38,672 nucleotides of DNA, taken from contig NW_021835768.1 of assembly GCF_006345805.1 (NCBI RefSeq), positions 1 through 38,672 of the forward strand, given 5' to 3'. Shown here in pieces: positions 10,964 through 22,587 of the stretch (its first letter is position 1; each line of letters begins with the position of its first letter). The notes under the pieces are model-generated. The model was not told the origin of the DNA and did not search any database. It worked only from the letters and a program-made list of their open reading frames with translations. A program made the position numbers and the translations under genes. The DNA comes from Octopus sinensis (lineage: Eukaryota).

Positions 10964-11255
10964 ACTAAGGTCCATTTTAAGGATCCTAGGGTCTGCTTTT
11001 CTTTTCTTTCCTGCTCTTGCTTGATGGGGCGGAGGTAATCTCAGGTTAGTGGTTCCAGGGGTTACATCGTACGTAGTGCCGACCAGGTCCACCGGTGCTA
11101 GACTCTGTCTAGACTCTGGGAATCTTCCTTAATCACGTCCAGCCATCTAATGTGGGGCCTGACACGAGTCTTCTTCCAGGCTCGTAGCTGCCGCGTCGAA
11201 TGAGGAGGGTAAGGCCTTGGTAGGAGGATCAGTTTACGACCAGAGAATACTTCAG
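10964..11255 (-). mobile_element. RTE-clade LINE 3' end (ORF2 C-terminus plus 3' UTR)
   Basis: The minus strand translates WKKTRVRPHIRWLDVIKEDSQSL, matching the RTE C-terminal R-GRP-x-x-RW-x-D-x-I-x-x-DL pattern. It is followed by a W-x-A-L-R-T-M-stop segment and a UTR shared with 12807-12951. Confidence 0.75.
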
Positions 11256-11510
11256 CCTTGAGACTTAAGTAACAATCACTTTGTGGTACGGTTCACATAC
11301 ATCAGACAGCATTACTGCTGCTGCTGCTGTTGCTACTGTTGCTGCTGCTGCTGCTGCTGTGCACGGTGAAGTCAAAGTTAACGTTGACCTTCCAGAAAAA
11401 AAGAAACAGTTAAATCCTTCTAAATGGTCACACTGCAACATTGATAAAGGTGCAGTAGCGTATCTAATCTCTTTATAGGTTTGCCCGACCGCGGTTGACC
11501 AGGGGCTAAG

Positions 11511-11570
11511 TAGCAACAACAACAACAATAACAACAACAATGAAAACAACAACTACTTCAGAAGACACGT

Positions 11571-11612
<42 letters not shown>

Positions 11613-11657
11613 TAATAATAATAATAATAATAGTAATAATAATATGATAAAAATAAA

Positions 11658-11692
<35 letters not shown>

Positions 11693-11753
11693 TAATAACG
11701 ATAATAATAATAATAATAATAACAATAATAATAACAATAATAAAAATAATAAC

Positions 11754-11791
<38 letters not shown>

Positions 11792-12031
11792 TAATAAAAA
11801 TAATAACAATAATAATAATAATAATAACAATAATAATAATAACAATAATAATAATAATAATAATAGTAGAAATAATAATAATAATAATAATAATAATAAT
11901 CACAATAATGATAATAATAATGATAATGATGATGATGATGATATGATGATGATGATAATAATAATAATAGTAATAATAATAAAATAATAATAATAATAAT
12001 AATAATAATATATAATATAATAATAATAATA

Positions 12032-12080
<49 letters not shown>

Positions 12081-12095
12081 TAATAATAATAATAA

Positions 12096-12126
<31 letters not shown>

Positions 12127-12131
12127 AAGAA
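11511..12131. repeat. (AAT)n array of about 590 bp with AAC/GAT variants, ending in (AAG)n
   Basis: Direct reading. It is the source of the poly-I/L/Y ORFs. Confidence 0.97.
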
Positions 12132-12521
12132 AGGAGGTAAGTAAGAGAGTTATATGGTTTAAATTCCTCCCCCTCTTCCCCCTCCCCTTAACAATAGTCG
12201 TCATGACAACGACTCATAGACTTTACCTGACATTTCTCTCATGGTTCAAAGCTAGAATATTCTGTATAATTTGGTCAGCAATTACATCAGAACCGGAAAG
12301 ACCAGTTCTCAAACAACTACCCCCTATCCCCCGCCCCCTACTCCCCCCCTCTCTCTCATCCTTATTTTTCCCTCCCTCTCTCCCCTAGTTGTTGTTGTTG
12401 TTGTTGTTTGTTTGTTTCTAGGTCAGTGGCCAATATTTTTAACGAGAAAAAGAAAAACCCAAGAGACGTGTTGTTTGTGAAGAAAGCTTCAAGTTTGTTA
12501 TTTAATTATGTAAGAAGCACT

Positions 12522-12670
12522 GACGATGACAACGGCGATGATGATGACGACGACGAGGGCGACGATGACGATGATGATGATGATGATGATGATGTGATGA
12601 TGGCGACGATGGCGATGGTAACGATGAATTCGGCAAAGACGAAAACGCTGACGATGACAACGATGATGTT
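12522..12670. repeat. (GAT)n/(GAC)n tract
   Basis: Direct reading. It gives the poly-D stretch in ORF 12408..12929. Confidence 0.9.
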
Positions 12671-12806
12671 GATCCGTCCTACTCCACGACAACAACCGTT
12701 TCCCATAATTCCACAAGTTACAAACGTTTGGATATTGAACGGGTGCGTCGTACAAATCGGTTTCGTCATTCTGCAACAATCCCGGTCACATCCGCTTGAT
12801 CACACT

Positions 12807-13150
12807 ACAGAGTCTAGCACCGGTGGACCTGGTTGGCACTATGTACGATGTAACCCCTGGAACCACTCGCCTGAGATGACCTCCGCCCCATCAAGCAAGA
12901 GCAGTAAAGAAAAGAAAAGCAGACCCTAAGATCCTTAAAATGGGTCTTAGTAACCCCTGAAACCACTCGCCTGAGATTACCTCCGCCCCATCAAGCAAGA
13001 GCAGTAAAGAAAAGAAAAGCAGACCCTAAGATCCTTAAAATGGGTCTTAGTAACCCCTGGAACCACTCGCCTGAGATTACCTCCGCCCCATCAAGCAAGA
13101 GCAGTAAAGAAAAGAAAAGCAGACCCTAAGATCCTTAAAATGGGTCTTAG
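12807..13150 (+). mobile_element. RTE-clade LINE 3' end with a triplicated 100-bp 3' UTR
   Basis: 12807-12951 is the reverse complement of 10964-11108 with only scattered substitutions. Units lie at 12851-12950, 12951-13050 and 13051-13150. Confidence 0.8.
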
Positions 13151-13543
13151 TTATTCCAAATCGGCAGCAATTCTTATTCAGGAAACTTCTGGAATTTGTC
13201 CATTGTCCACTCGATGGAAATCTATCGAAATATGTGTACACCATGTTATTGTTGAGAAGGAAAGCAGGGCGTCATATTGGCAATCTTGATCAGTTTGATG
13301 GCCATCATATCTAAATGAAGTGGAGTAAAGCTAGTAAGAAACCTTGCTTCCAAGCCAACTCCAGACCTCGACCTCATGCATTTACGTAACCGGCACCAAC
13401 AACTGAGGTGTTAGGTGGAGAATGAATTAAAGAAATCTGAAACCTTAAATTCGTGACGCTTGGGCTTGCCTGGTTTCGGGGTTCGACAAAAGACCCAGCA
13501 TTTTATAGGTTGGTTCTACTCTGGAATTCACCTCAACCACATT

Positions 13544-13604
13544 ATGTTGTTCTTGAGCAAGACACTTCATTTCACGCTGTCCTAGTCCACTCAGCTGGTA
13601 AAAA
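13544..13604 (+). mobile_element. CORE-like SINE central fragment (family D)
   Basis: TTGAGCAAGACACTT...GTCCACTCAGCTG matches 37444-37495. Confidence 0.7.
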
Positions 13605-13653
13605 TAAATAATGATCCTGCCACAGACCCGCGTTCTGTCCAGGGAAAAATCAT

Positions 13654-13686
<33 letters not shown>

Positions 13687-13721
13687 TGTGTGTGTGTAAA
13701 TATATAAATCAGCAGCTGCTG

Positions 13722-13765
<44 letters not shown>

Positions 13766-14162
13766 GATGGCACTGCCATTTCTGCTTCTGCTTCCTATTG
13801 TTTCTGTTTTCTGGCGGCTTCTTGTAGTTGCACTTCTTTGAAGTCATTGATCTTTTGACTTGCTGTATACAAACACCAACAGAAAAGAGAAGGTGGGTGG
13901 GGGCGAAATACGACCAAAATACCATTTAACTGATCAATTATGAATACCCAGCCACAGCGACTGACTTAGAGAGAAGAAAATTTTTATAACTCTGGAACCT
14001 ATATATACCGGCCAACAGCCTCACCACAAACCAGATGCAGTGGAACCACGTCAGTGACCAGGTCAAAGATGGTGCGACGAAAATTTTTATATCAAATAAT
14101 AAATGTTTAAGTGAAGTTAACAGTCTTAGCAGTTAACAGTATATGTGTATATGTATATATAT

Positions 14163-14370
14163 GTGTGTTTGTATGTCTGTGTTTGTCCCCCCAACATCGC
14201 TTGACAACCGATGCTGGTGTGTTCACGTCCCCGTAACTTAGCGGTTCGGCAAAAGCGACCGATGGAATAAGTACTAGGCTTACAAAGAATAAGTCATGGG
14301 GTCGATTTGCTCGACTAAAGGCGGTGCTCCAGCATGGCCACAGTCAAATGACTGAAACCAGTAAAAGAGT
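14163..14370 (+). mobile_element. SINE family B, 3' half
   Basis: Matches 1400-1598. Confidence 0.9.
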
Positions 14371-15109
14371 GTAAGAATCTGTTTTTGAATGGCTAAAATG
14401 TGTTTTCCATGCTGGAATTGTTTACGGCAATTTAATTTTGGATGTTGGTGGCTATAACACTGAAAATTGTGGAGTTAGAAGGAAATCACCGACAAGGCGA
14501 GCAGGCTATCTGGTTTCGAATCTTAATGATAGCTATTACACATCGCTCACTTGATTAATCTTCTTAAAACCAAGTATACAGTTCTAACTCTATTCGTACC
14601 GGCCACCCCGTATTTTACCGGCCACCACGAATTCATACAACCCTCACCGTATTCATAAACTATTTGATCCAGCCGCCCTCGCAAATTCCAACAAACTACT
14701 CGTAGATCAACTAACGGATACCCAAAACTTGTCACAATACCTTCTGCAGATGGCAGCCATGTTTGTATTTCGCAATCAAAATAGTGAATGGGGATCATCT
14801 CAGCGAAATCTTTATTTATTTGTAGATCAAAATTGTTGATTTAAGTAAAAGATTCTAGTTTTGTGCAGTTTTCTGTTACAATTGATTTGCGTCTGTTGCA
14901 AGTTTCTTTTTATCTGTGAATAATTGGTTCTTTGATAAATTGGTCGTTCTATTCGATGGATACAGGATTCTTTGTAATGTAAATATTAGAAAACGAAGTT
15001 TTAGTTCAACGAAATATGAAGAAATAAAGAAGAAAAACGAAAATATATTGAAACATTGAATCAACTTGCAGTCACACATAGGACAGCGGTCTTGCATGTG
15101 CAAACACTC

Positions 15110-15195
15110 ATACATGCATACATACATACATACATACGTACATACATACATACATACATACATACATACATACATACATACATACATACATACAA
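15110..15195. repeat. (TACA)n microsatellite
   Basis: Direct reading. Confidence 0.95.
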
Positions 15196-15317
15196 AGATA
15201 TATGCATGCATGCATATATACATATACACGTATACACACGTGGGCACATACACTTGTGCACACACACACATATATAGAGATATATAAGTAGACATATGTA
15301 TATAAAAATAATATACA

Positions 15318-15480
15318 GGCGCAGGAGTGGCTGTGTGGCAAGGAGTTTGCTTATGAACCACATGGTTCCGGGTTTAGTCCCACTGCGTGGCACATTGGGC
15401 AAGTGTCTTCTAATATAGCTTCAGGCTAACTGAAGCTTTGTGAGTGGATTTGGTAGATGGAAACTGAAAAAAGCCCATCG

Positions 15481-15511
<31 letters not shown>

Positions 15512-15659
15512 ATCTCCCCGTAACTTAGCGGTTCGGCAAAAAAGACTGATAGAATAAGTACTAGGCTTACAAAGAATAAGTGCTGGGGTCGATTTGTTCG
15601 ACTAAAGACGGTGCTCCAGCATGGCCGCAGTCAAAATGACAGAAACAAATAAAAGAATA
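15318..15659 (+). mobile_element. SINE family B with an internal deletion
   Basis: Head and tail match 1206-1598. The segment GTTTGTCCCCCCAACATCG...TTTACG is missing. Confidence 0.9.
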
Positions 15660-15746
15660 TATGTACATATACATATTCACATTTATGTCATATATATATT
15701 TATGTTATATATATATATATATACATATATACACATATATATATGC

Positions 15747-15802
<56 letters not shown>

Positions 15803-15860
15803 ATATATATTATATATATATATATATAATATATATATAAATATGTATATAATGTTAATC

Positions 15861-16070
15861 CAAACATGAAAACACAAAGAGAAAACACAATAAAACGCGA
15901 GGACGTGGAACAAATATAGTATTATTGGATGCTCAGGAAAGAAGGGAAGAAGGAGGGTTTAACGTTTCGAGCGGAGCTCTTCGTCGGAAACATAGGAGAA
16001 GGAAAGATCCAGAGAAGGGAAGACAGAGGGGAAAAAATCGCCAACGGTACACACGCGGTCACATTTTGAA
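15861..16070 (-). mobile_element. Penelope-like-element tail-type repeat carrying a minimal hammerhead motif
   Basis: Pyrimidine-rich on the minus strand around a CCGACGA...CGAAACGTT motif. Flanked by (TA)n tracts. Same architecture as 18264-18458. Confidence 0.55.
15957..15991 (-). ncRNA. putative minimal type I hammerhead ribozyme
   Basis: Minus strand reads GUUU-CCGACGA-A-GAGC(UCC)GCUC-GAAACGU-U-AAAC. Stem I is GUUU/AAAC, stem II is GAGC/GCUC, and stem III is a palindromic AACGUU. The core has a U4C change. Confidence 0.5.
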
Positions 16071-16074
16071 TGAA

Positions 16075-16108
<34 letters not shown>

Positions 16109-16694
16109 TATATATATATGTATATGTATGTATATATATATAATATATATATATATATATACATACATATACATACATACATGCATATATATATATAACT
16201 ACAAACACATTATTTATAAGGGTGCATGTCTGGTTGTGTGTGTGTTAGTGTGTGCGTGTGTATGCACGTGAGAGTCTGTGCATGTGTGTGTATGTTTAGA
16301 CAGACAGCTATTAATATCCGAAAGTACACATCTGACCGCAGAAAAGGCGTTGGTTGCACAGGCATCAGTTGTCGAACAGCAACAACAACAACAACAACAA
16401 CAACAACAACTACTACTACTACTACTACTACTGGTACAAAAGGCTAAAACAACAGCGAAGGTAAAATGTCGTTTATTATATTCAATTGCGATGTTTTGTT
16501 GTAAGGTGAAACCAGTTTTGTAAGGAGCGAGTCTGCGACTGTCTTTTGGCATTGACAGCGTGAACAGGTTCCAGCGATTTCTCTCTTAATTCCACATGGA
16601 ATCAAACGTGGTTCTTTGAAAGTCAATTCGCTCACAAACATAGATTGTAACCCCTATTTACAGCTTATATTTTACGGAGTCTGTCTGTGTGTCT

Positions 16695-16703
16695 ATCTGC
16701 CTA

Positions 16704-16771
<68 letters not shown>

Positions 16772-16865
16772 AGTCTGTCTGTCTGTCTGTCTGCCTGTCT
16801 GTCTGTGTGTGTGTCTGTCTATCTATCTATATTTCTATCTATCTATCTACCCATGCATATACATC

Positions 16866-16929
<64 letters not shown>

Positions 16930-16987
16930 GTCTATCTATCTATCTATCTACCTACCTACCTACCTACCTGTCTATCTATCTATCTAA

Positions 16988-17056
<69 letters not shown>

Positions 17057-17086
17057 CATCCATCTATCCATCTATTCTATTCTATC

Positions 17087-17169
<83 letters not shown>

Positions 17170-17200
17170 AATCTGTCTGTCTGTCTGTCTGTCTACATGT
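16695..17200. repeat. (TATC)n array with TGTC/TACC/TCCA variants
   Basis: Direct reading. It is the source of the YLSI ORFs. Confidence 0.97.
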
Positions 17201-17314
17201 GTGTGTGTGTGTGTTGTGTATTTCTATGCATGATTATATGAATGTAATTATATAACTTCTAATACAATACAAGCGCACAACACACACGTACGCACATATT
17301 TGCAATAAAGACGT

Positions 17315-17700
17315 TGGTAGTGATGGTGGTGGTGAAATGTTTGTTGTTGTTGTTGGTGTGGTGGTGGTGGAAGTGGTGGCGGTGATGGTGGTAGTGGTGG
17401 TGGTGGTAGTGGTGATGGTGGTAGTGGTAGTGTTGGTGGTGGTGGTGGTAGTGGTGGTGGAAGTGGTAGCGGTGGCGGTGATGGTGGTAGTGGTGATGAT
17501 GGTAGTGGTGATGGTGGTAGTGGTGATGGTGGTAGTGGTGGTGGTGGTAGTGGTAGTGTTGGTGGCAGTGGTGGTAGTGGTGGTGGAAGTGGTAGCGGTG
17601 GTGATGTTGCTGGAAGTGGTGGCGTTGATGGTGGATGTATTGGTGGTGACGGTGGTAGTGGTGGTTGTGATGATGGTAGTGGTGGTGGATGCGTTGGTGT
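17315..17700. repeat. (GGT)n/(GTA)n/(GAT)n trinucleotide tract
   Basis: Direct reading. Confidence 0.95.
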
Positions 17701-17857
17701 CGTACAAATAAAAGAAATGCAAAAATATGAAGACTTCATGAAACAAGTTGGATTTCTTACTTCTGAGTCAACTTCTTCTGTTCCTCTCCCTCTCTCTTTC
17801 TCCACGCATGCATGTATGTGCCAATGTTTGTATTTGTGTGTGTGTGTGTGTGTTTTG

Positions 17858-17975
17858 GCAGTCATAGCTGTGTGGCAAGCAACTTTGCATTGCAACAGCG
17901 TTGATCTAGGTTCGATCCCGTTGCGCAACATCTTAGGAAAAATGTCTTCAAGTCTAATCTCAGGTTGACCAATAC
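17858..17975 (+). mobile_element. diverged tRNA-derived SINE head related to family B
   Basis: TAGCTGTGTGGCAAG ... GGTTCGATCCC ... CATCTTAGGAAAATGTCTTC. Confidence 0.55.
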
Positions 17976-18017
17976 ATTTAGAACCAGAAAATGTACAGAA
18001 TCTGTCATGTATACTAA

Positions 18018-18022
<5 letters not shown>

Positions 18023-18103
<81 letters not shown>

Positions 18104-18263
18104 GTTATATATCGGAATGGTCATATTGCCAGTTTAGCCAATAAATCTTGCACAACAATATTTAAACGTATATATATATATATAATATATATATATATTA
18201 TATATATATATATATATACATATACATACATATACATATACATATATATATATATATATACAT
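18023..18263. repeat. (TA)n microsatellites
   Basis: Two TA tracts separated by about 70 bp of unique sequence. Confidence 0.9.
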
Positions 18264-18458
18264 AGGGGAGAATTCACAAAAAAGACAAGAGACGAAGACA
18301 GGTGGTGTACAAAACAAACAGATGGATTAGTTTAACACTCGGGAAGTGAAAAAGTTTTTAACGTTTCGAGCCTACACTCTTCTACAGAAAAGAACACAGA
18401 AAGAAATAAGGAGAGAAAATAAAGAATGTGTAGTGGCTAGCGATCTATCATGGCGAAC
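18264..18458 (-). mobile_element. second Penelope-tail-type repeat with a hammerhead-like motif (18356-18391)
   Basis: Minus strand reads UUUU-CUGUAGA-A-GAGU(GUAG)GCUC-GAAACGU-U-AAAA. Confidence 0.5.
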
Positions 18459-19637
18459 ATATATATATATATGGAACAAAAACGCAACAAAGAGCTTTAA
18501 AATGTTCGGACAGGTAGACAATACAAAGGCGGACAAGAGAAACAACAATTAGAAGGACAGACAAAAAAAAGACGGGTCATTCTTGGCTTTCTTTCATCAG
18601 TCGAGTCCCAAAAGTCACGACCATTTCGGACAGTTACACTTGAGATGGTTCGATCTGGTTGCCCCACCCCAAAGTCTAAGCTAAGAGCATTGGACCCCTT
18701 TGTAAGAAAGCTAGCGAATGTGTACGGCAACAAAGACTAAAAGGAAAAAAAAAAAAGAAACGGAGAATATGGTACACAATTATGAATACAAACAATATGG
18801 CGGCTCGTGTCTAGGCACTGCACAACTGCAGCACCCTCTGTTTCTATTCGGTATAATCGATAACATTCAATATAATGAATCCTTTTTTCTTTAATTCTTT
18901 CTTTATACTTGAACATTATATAATCCTTAAGTTTAATGTCAATAGCCATCCCCTATTTTATGAAAAGAATACAAAATTCCTTGCATAGAACTGTGCTCTT
19001 CACAGTCCCAGCGACGCGGTATTTGGCTGTTGTGCGCATGCTCAGATATCCGAGATAGGAAGCTCCACGCTGTCGTTCACGCAGCGCTAGTGAGAGGTAG
19101 TGTTTCTTTTTGACTCCGTGTGTGTTGTGCTTAAAAACCTGTTTATATTTTTCAATGCGATAAAGTGTAGAATTAGATTATTATCCTGCTTCCAGCTTCA
19201 GTGTTGCTGCCAAGATTTGAAAAATAGGGCAGATTCTCTTTCCCCCTTATTTTGTAATTTAGGGGGTTGGGATTTAACTCCTATTTCTAACCTGTCGGAA
19301 AACCCCTTAGTTGCTTTTCCTTTCGTGTATGAGTTTTATACACACACACACACGCGCGCGCGCATATATATATATGCATGCATATATGCGCATATACATA
19401 TAATACCTACATGTAGTATGTATGTATGTGTGTGTGTGTGTGTGTGTATAACTGTGCATGTATACACAGGTGCTTCGAATGAAAACAACTAATCTTCTTT
19501 TCGCTGCCCATTGTATATTTATTTGAACCGTCTTTAAACATCTTTTGTAGGAGTGTGTTCTATGATAATACTAACGCGTACACTTATAAACACTTATAAG
19601 ACACTTATAAACACACACGCACGGACACACGCACGCA

Positions 19638-19693
<56 letters not shown>

Positions 19694-19762
19694 CAATACG
19701 AATAAAAATGAAGATGTTGCCAATAGTTTCGAATGGTTAGAAGCGACCTTTTCGTCACTACA

Positions 19763-20002
19763 CGGTAATCCCACGACTACCGCGGGTGTTACGTTCCAAC
19801 CACCCGACCCCGCGATAGGTGAACATCCGCGAAGTAGAAACAGTACTTTACTGTGTTTTTTAAAAATCATTTTTATAATTTGTATATATTTATTTCAATA
19901 TAAATGCAAAACCACACAACAGAGGAATCGACGTAAGCTTGAATAATAAACCGCGATAAGTGAATCATGATAGGTGAACCGCGATATGGCGAGATATTAC
20001 TG
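19763..20002. mobile_element. pogo/Tigger-type MITE (240 bp)
   Basis: Imperfect TIRs CGGTAATCCCACGACTACCGCGG and (reverse complement) CAGTAATATCTCGCCATATCGCGG. TA at the right end. Repeated CCGCGATAGGTGAA subterminal motif. Confidence 0.7.
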
Positions 20003-20077
20003 TATATACGGGTTTGTATGCATGATTTATTAATGAATAAGTAAATAAATAAATAAAATTGTTGTGCTGAGTTTCCT

Positions 20078-20110
20078 GTTCGATCCTCACCAGAACCTGT
20101 ATAAATTTTT
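20078..20110 (+). pseudogene. 3' fragment of a tRNA-Val gene plus its 3' trailer
   Basis: GTTCGATCCTCACCAGAACC (20078-20097) is identical to the last 20 nt of tRNA-Val 28424-28495. The trailer TGTATAAATTTTT matches that gene's TGTATAAACTTTT. Confidence 0.8.
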
Positions 20111-20338
20111 AGGCGGCGAGCTGGCAGAAACGTTGGCACGCCGGGCGAACTGCGTAGCTGTATTTCGTCTGCCGTTACATTCTGAGTTCAAATTCCGCCG
20201 AGGTCGACTTTGCCTTTCATCCTTTCTGGGTCGATAAATTAAGTACCAGTTACGCACTGGGGTCGATGTAATCGACTTAATCCCTTTGTCTGTCCTTGTT
20301 TGTCCCCTCTGTGTTTAGCCCCTTGTGGGCAATAAAAG
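20111..20338 (+). mobile_element. SINE family C, full-length monomer with tail 1
   Basis: GGCGGCGAGCTGGCAGAAAC head, GAGTTCAAATTC B-box-like motif, central CTTTCATCCTTTCTGGGTCGATAAATTAAGTACCAG domain and CCCCTTGTGGGCAATAAA tail. Confidence 0.9.
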
Positions 20339-20341
20339 TAT

Positions 20342-20397
<56 letters not shown>

Positions 20398-20945
20398 TGT
20401 ATGTATGTATGTATATGTAGATATAGGGAGAGAAAGAGGAAGGATAAATTTCTTTATTGGCCACACAGGGCTGCATACAGATGGGACAAGTTACAAGGTA
20501 GAGCTTTTCTTTTGGGGGATGAAAAAAACAAAAAACAAAAGAAACAAAAGAAAAGGTGGCGTAGGTTTTCGATCAAAAGGGATCGTAAAGGGGAAAAAAA
20601 GAAGAAAAAATGAAAAAAAATAATAAAAAATAAAAGAAGGAAAAGGAACAAAAGAAAGGAGAAATGAAAAAAAAAGAAGAAAAAAGGGGAAGACAGAAAG
20701 ATAGATTGAAACTCATATCATGATCAATTCAAAAAAATGATCAGCCAATTCTGTTGGGAATCCTATCAATCTGTTGTCTCTGGAATAGATTCTGTTTTGA
20801 TTCCTCAACGACAGCGTTTGGGACGAGAGGGGGGGGGCTGAGTGATTTGCGGAATAACTGTTGACTCAATCACGATGTAATTGTTTCTACACAAACATAT
20901 ACATGTATACATACATACATAGACACAAGTTAACACACACATACG

Positions 20946-20977
<32 letters not shown>

Positions 20978-21064
20978 CATACACACACACGTATGTATAT
21001 GTGTATGCATCATTTGTATGTATATCCATATATCTTCTTTGTTGAAAGCTAGAGAGACATGATG

Positions 21065-21101
<37 letters not shown>

Positions 21102-21980
21102 CATACATACATACATACATACATACACACAAACACACACATATAAGGAGAGAGGGAGGGGGAGATAAACGCATAACGGGATAAACACGCACACGCATGC
21201 ACACACACACACACACACAGAAACACCTGTATAAACACACTTAGACAAATACAATCCCAAATATCAATTTCTATACTCGAGTGTGTGTGTGTGTGCGTGC
21301 GTGTGTGTGTGTGTGTTTATTAATGCCGTTTCGCATCTCTCCCACAACTCTGAAAAAACACACACATAGACACACGCAAACACACGCATACACATACACT
21401 GCATATATACATGTAGACATCTTTCTGTAAAAATGACTGCTTCACCTAAACCAAATACAAAACACAAAAACAAATTCCTATTATTTGTAAATAAATATAA
21501 AAAAATTACACAAAGAACAAACGCAAGAAAAAAAATGCAACTAAAGACCCTAATAAAAGACGCCTCTTGCCTTAGATTCCAGCTAATTGTTTCCATTGTC
21601 TGCGGAATTAGCTTTTAACAGACAAAACAGCGAAGAAAAAAAATGGTGAATAAAACGATATCGGCTGGTCTGGTTGGGTGTGAGACGATTGTTTATCACC
21701 TTTTGACTCAATCGTATCCAGAAAACCACTCAAACAAATATGGCCGCCAATATAAATGTGTGTTGGCTTCGATAAATATTTACTTCTGCTTCAATCGACA
21801 AAATGTCGCCGTTGTTGCAGTGAATTGTTATTGTCTGTGTTTTTTTTTTTATTGTTTGTGTTGTTGTTGTGTGAATGGCACCGTCTCTTTTATTGTGAAA
21901 CACTTCAGCATCGAATCTGGCTTGTTTGGAACAGTGTGTGGATACGGGCACACGCGTACTCTCTCTCTCTTTCTCTCTCT

Positions 21981-22013
<33 letters not shown>

Positions 22014-22159
22014 CACACACAGAGAACCCTTCCCAGCCTCTGTCTCACACATATTACTCCACATAAAATCATTTTTTTTGTCTGTCGTTAGATTTTGTTT
22101 AATCAGTGATCGGTTGTGTATGTTGATGGAAAACAAAATCACAGTGTGTAGATGTTGAC

Positions 22160-22225
22160 TGGATAGATAGATCGATCGATCGATAGGTAGATAGATAGAT
22201 AGATAAATAGATTGATTGATTGATT

Positions 22226-22295
<70 letters not shown>

Positions 22296-22326
22296 TAGAT
22301 AGATAGATACATACTACATACATACA

Positions 22327-22357
<31 letters not shown>

Positions 22358-22545
22358 GTACATACATAGACGGATGGATGGATGGATGGGTAGATGGGTG
22401 GGTGGATGGATGGATGGGTGGATGGGTGGGTGGATGGATGGATGGGTGGATGGGTGGGTGGATGGATGGATTGATGGTGGATGGGTGGATAGATAGGTTG
22501 GTAGGTAAGCAAATCAACAGATAGGTAGATGGATAGATAGATGGG

Positions 22546-22587
<42 letters not shown>

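Noticed and set aside
12851-13150. CRISPR-like array interpretation of the 100-bp (and 118-bp) repeats
   Set aside because: The units are contiguous with no unique spacers, there are no cas genes, and the context is eukaryotic.
7806-17931. Long ORFs in the supplied track (poly-V/Y/H/T/I/L, YLSI, CV, HT, YI peptides here and elsewhere in the window)
   Set aside because: They are translations of microsatellites that lack stop codons in some frames. They show no domain signal or splice context.
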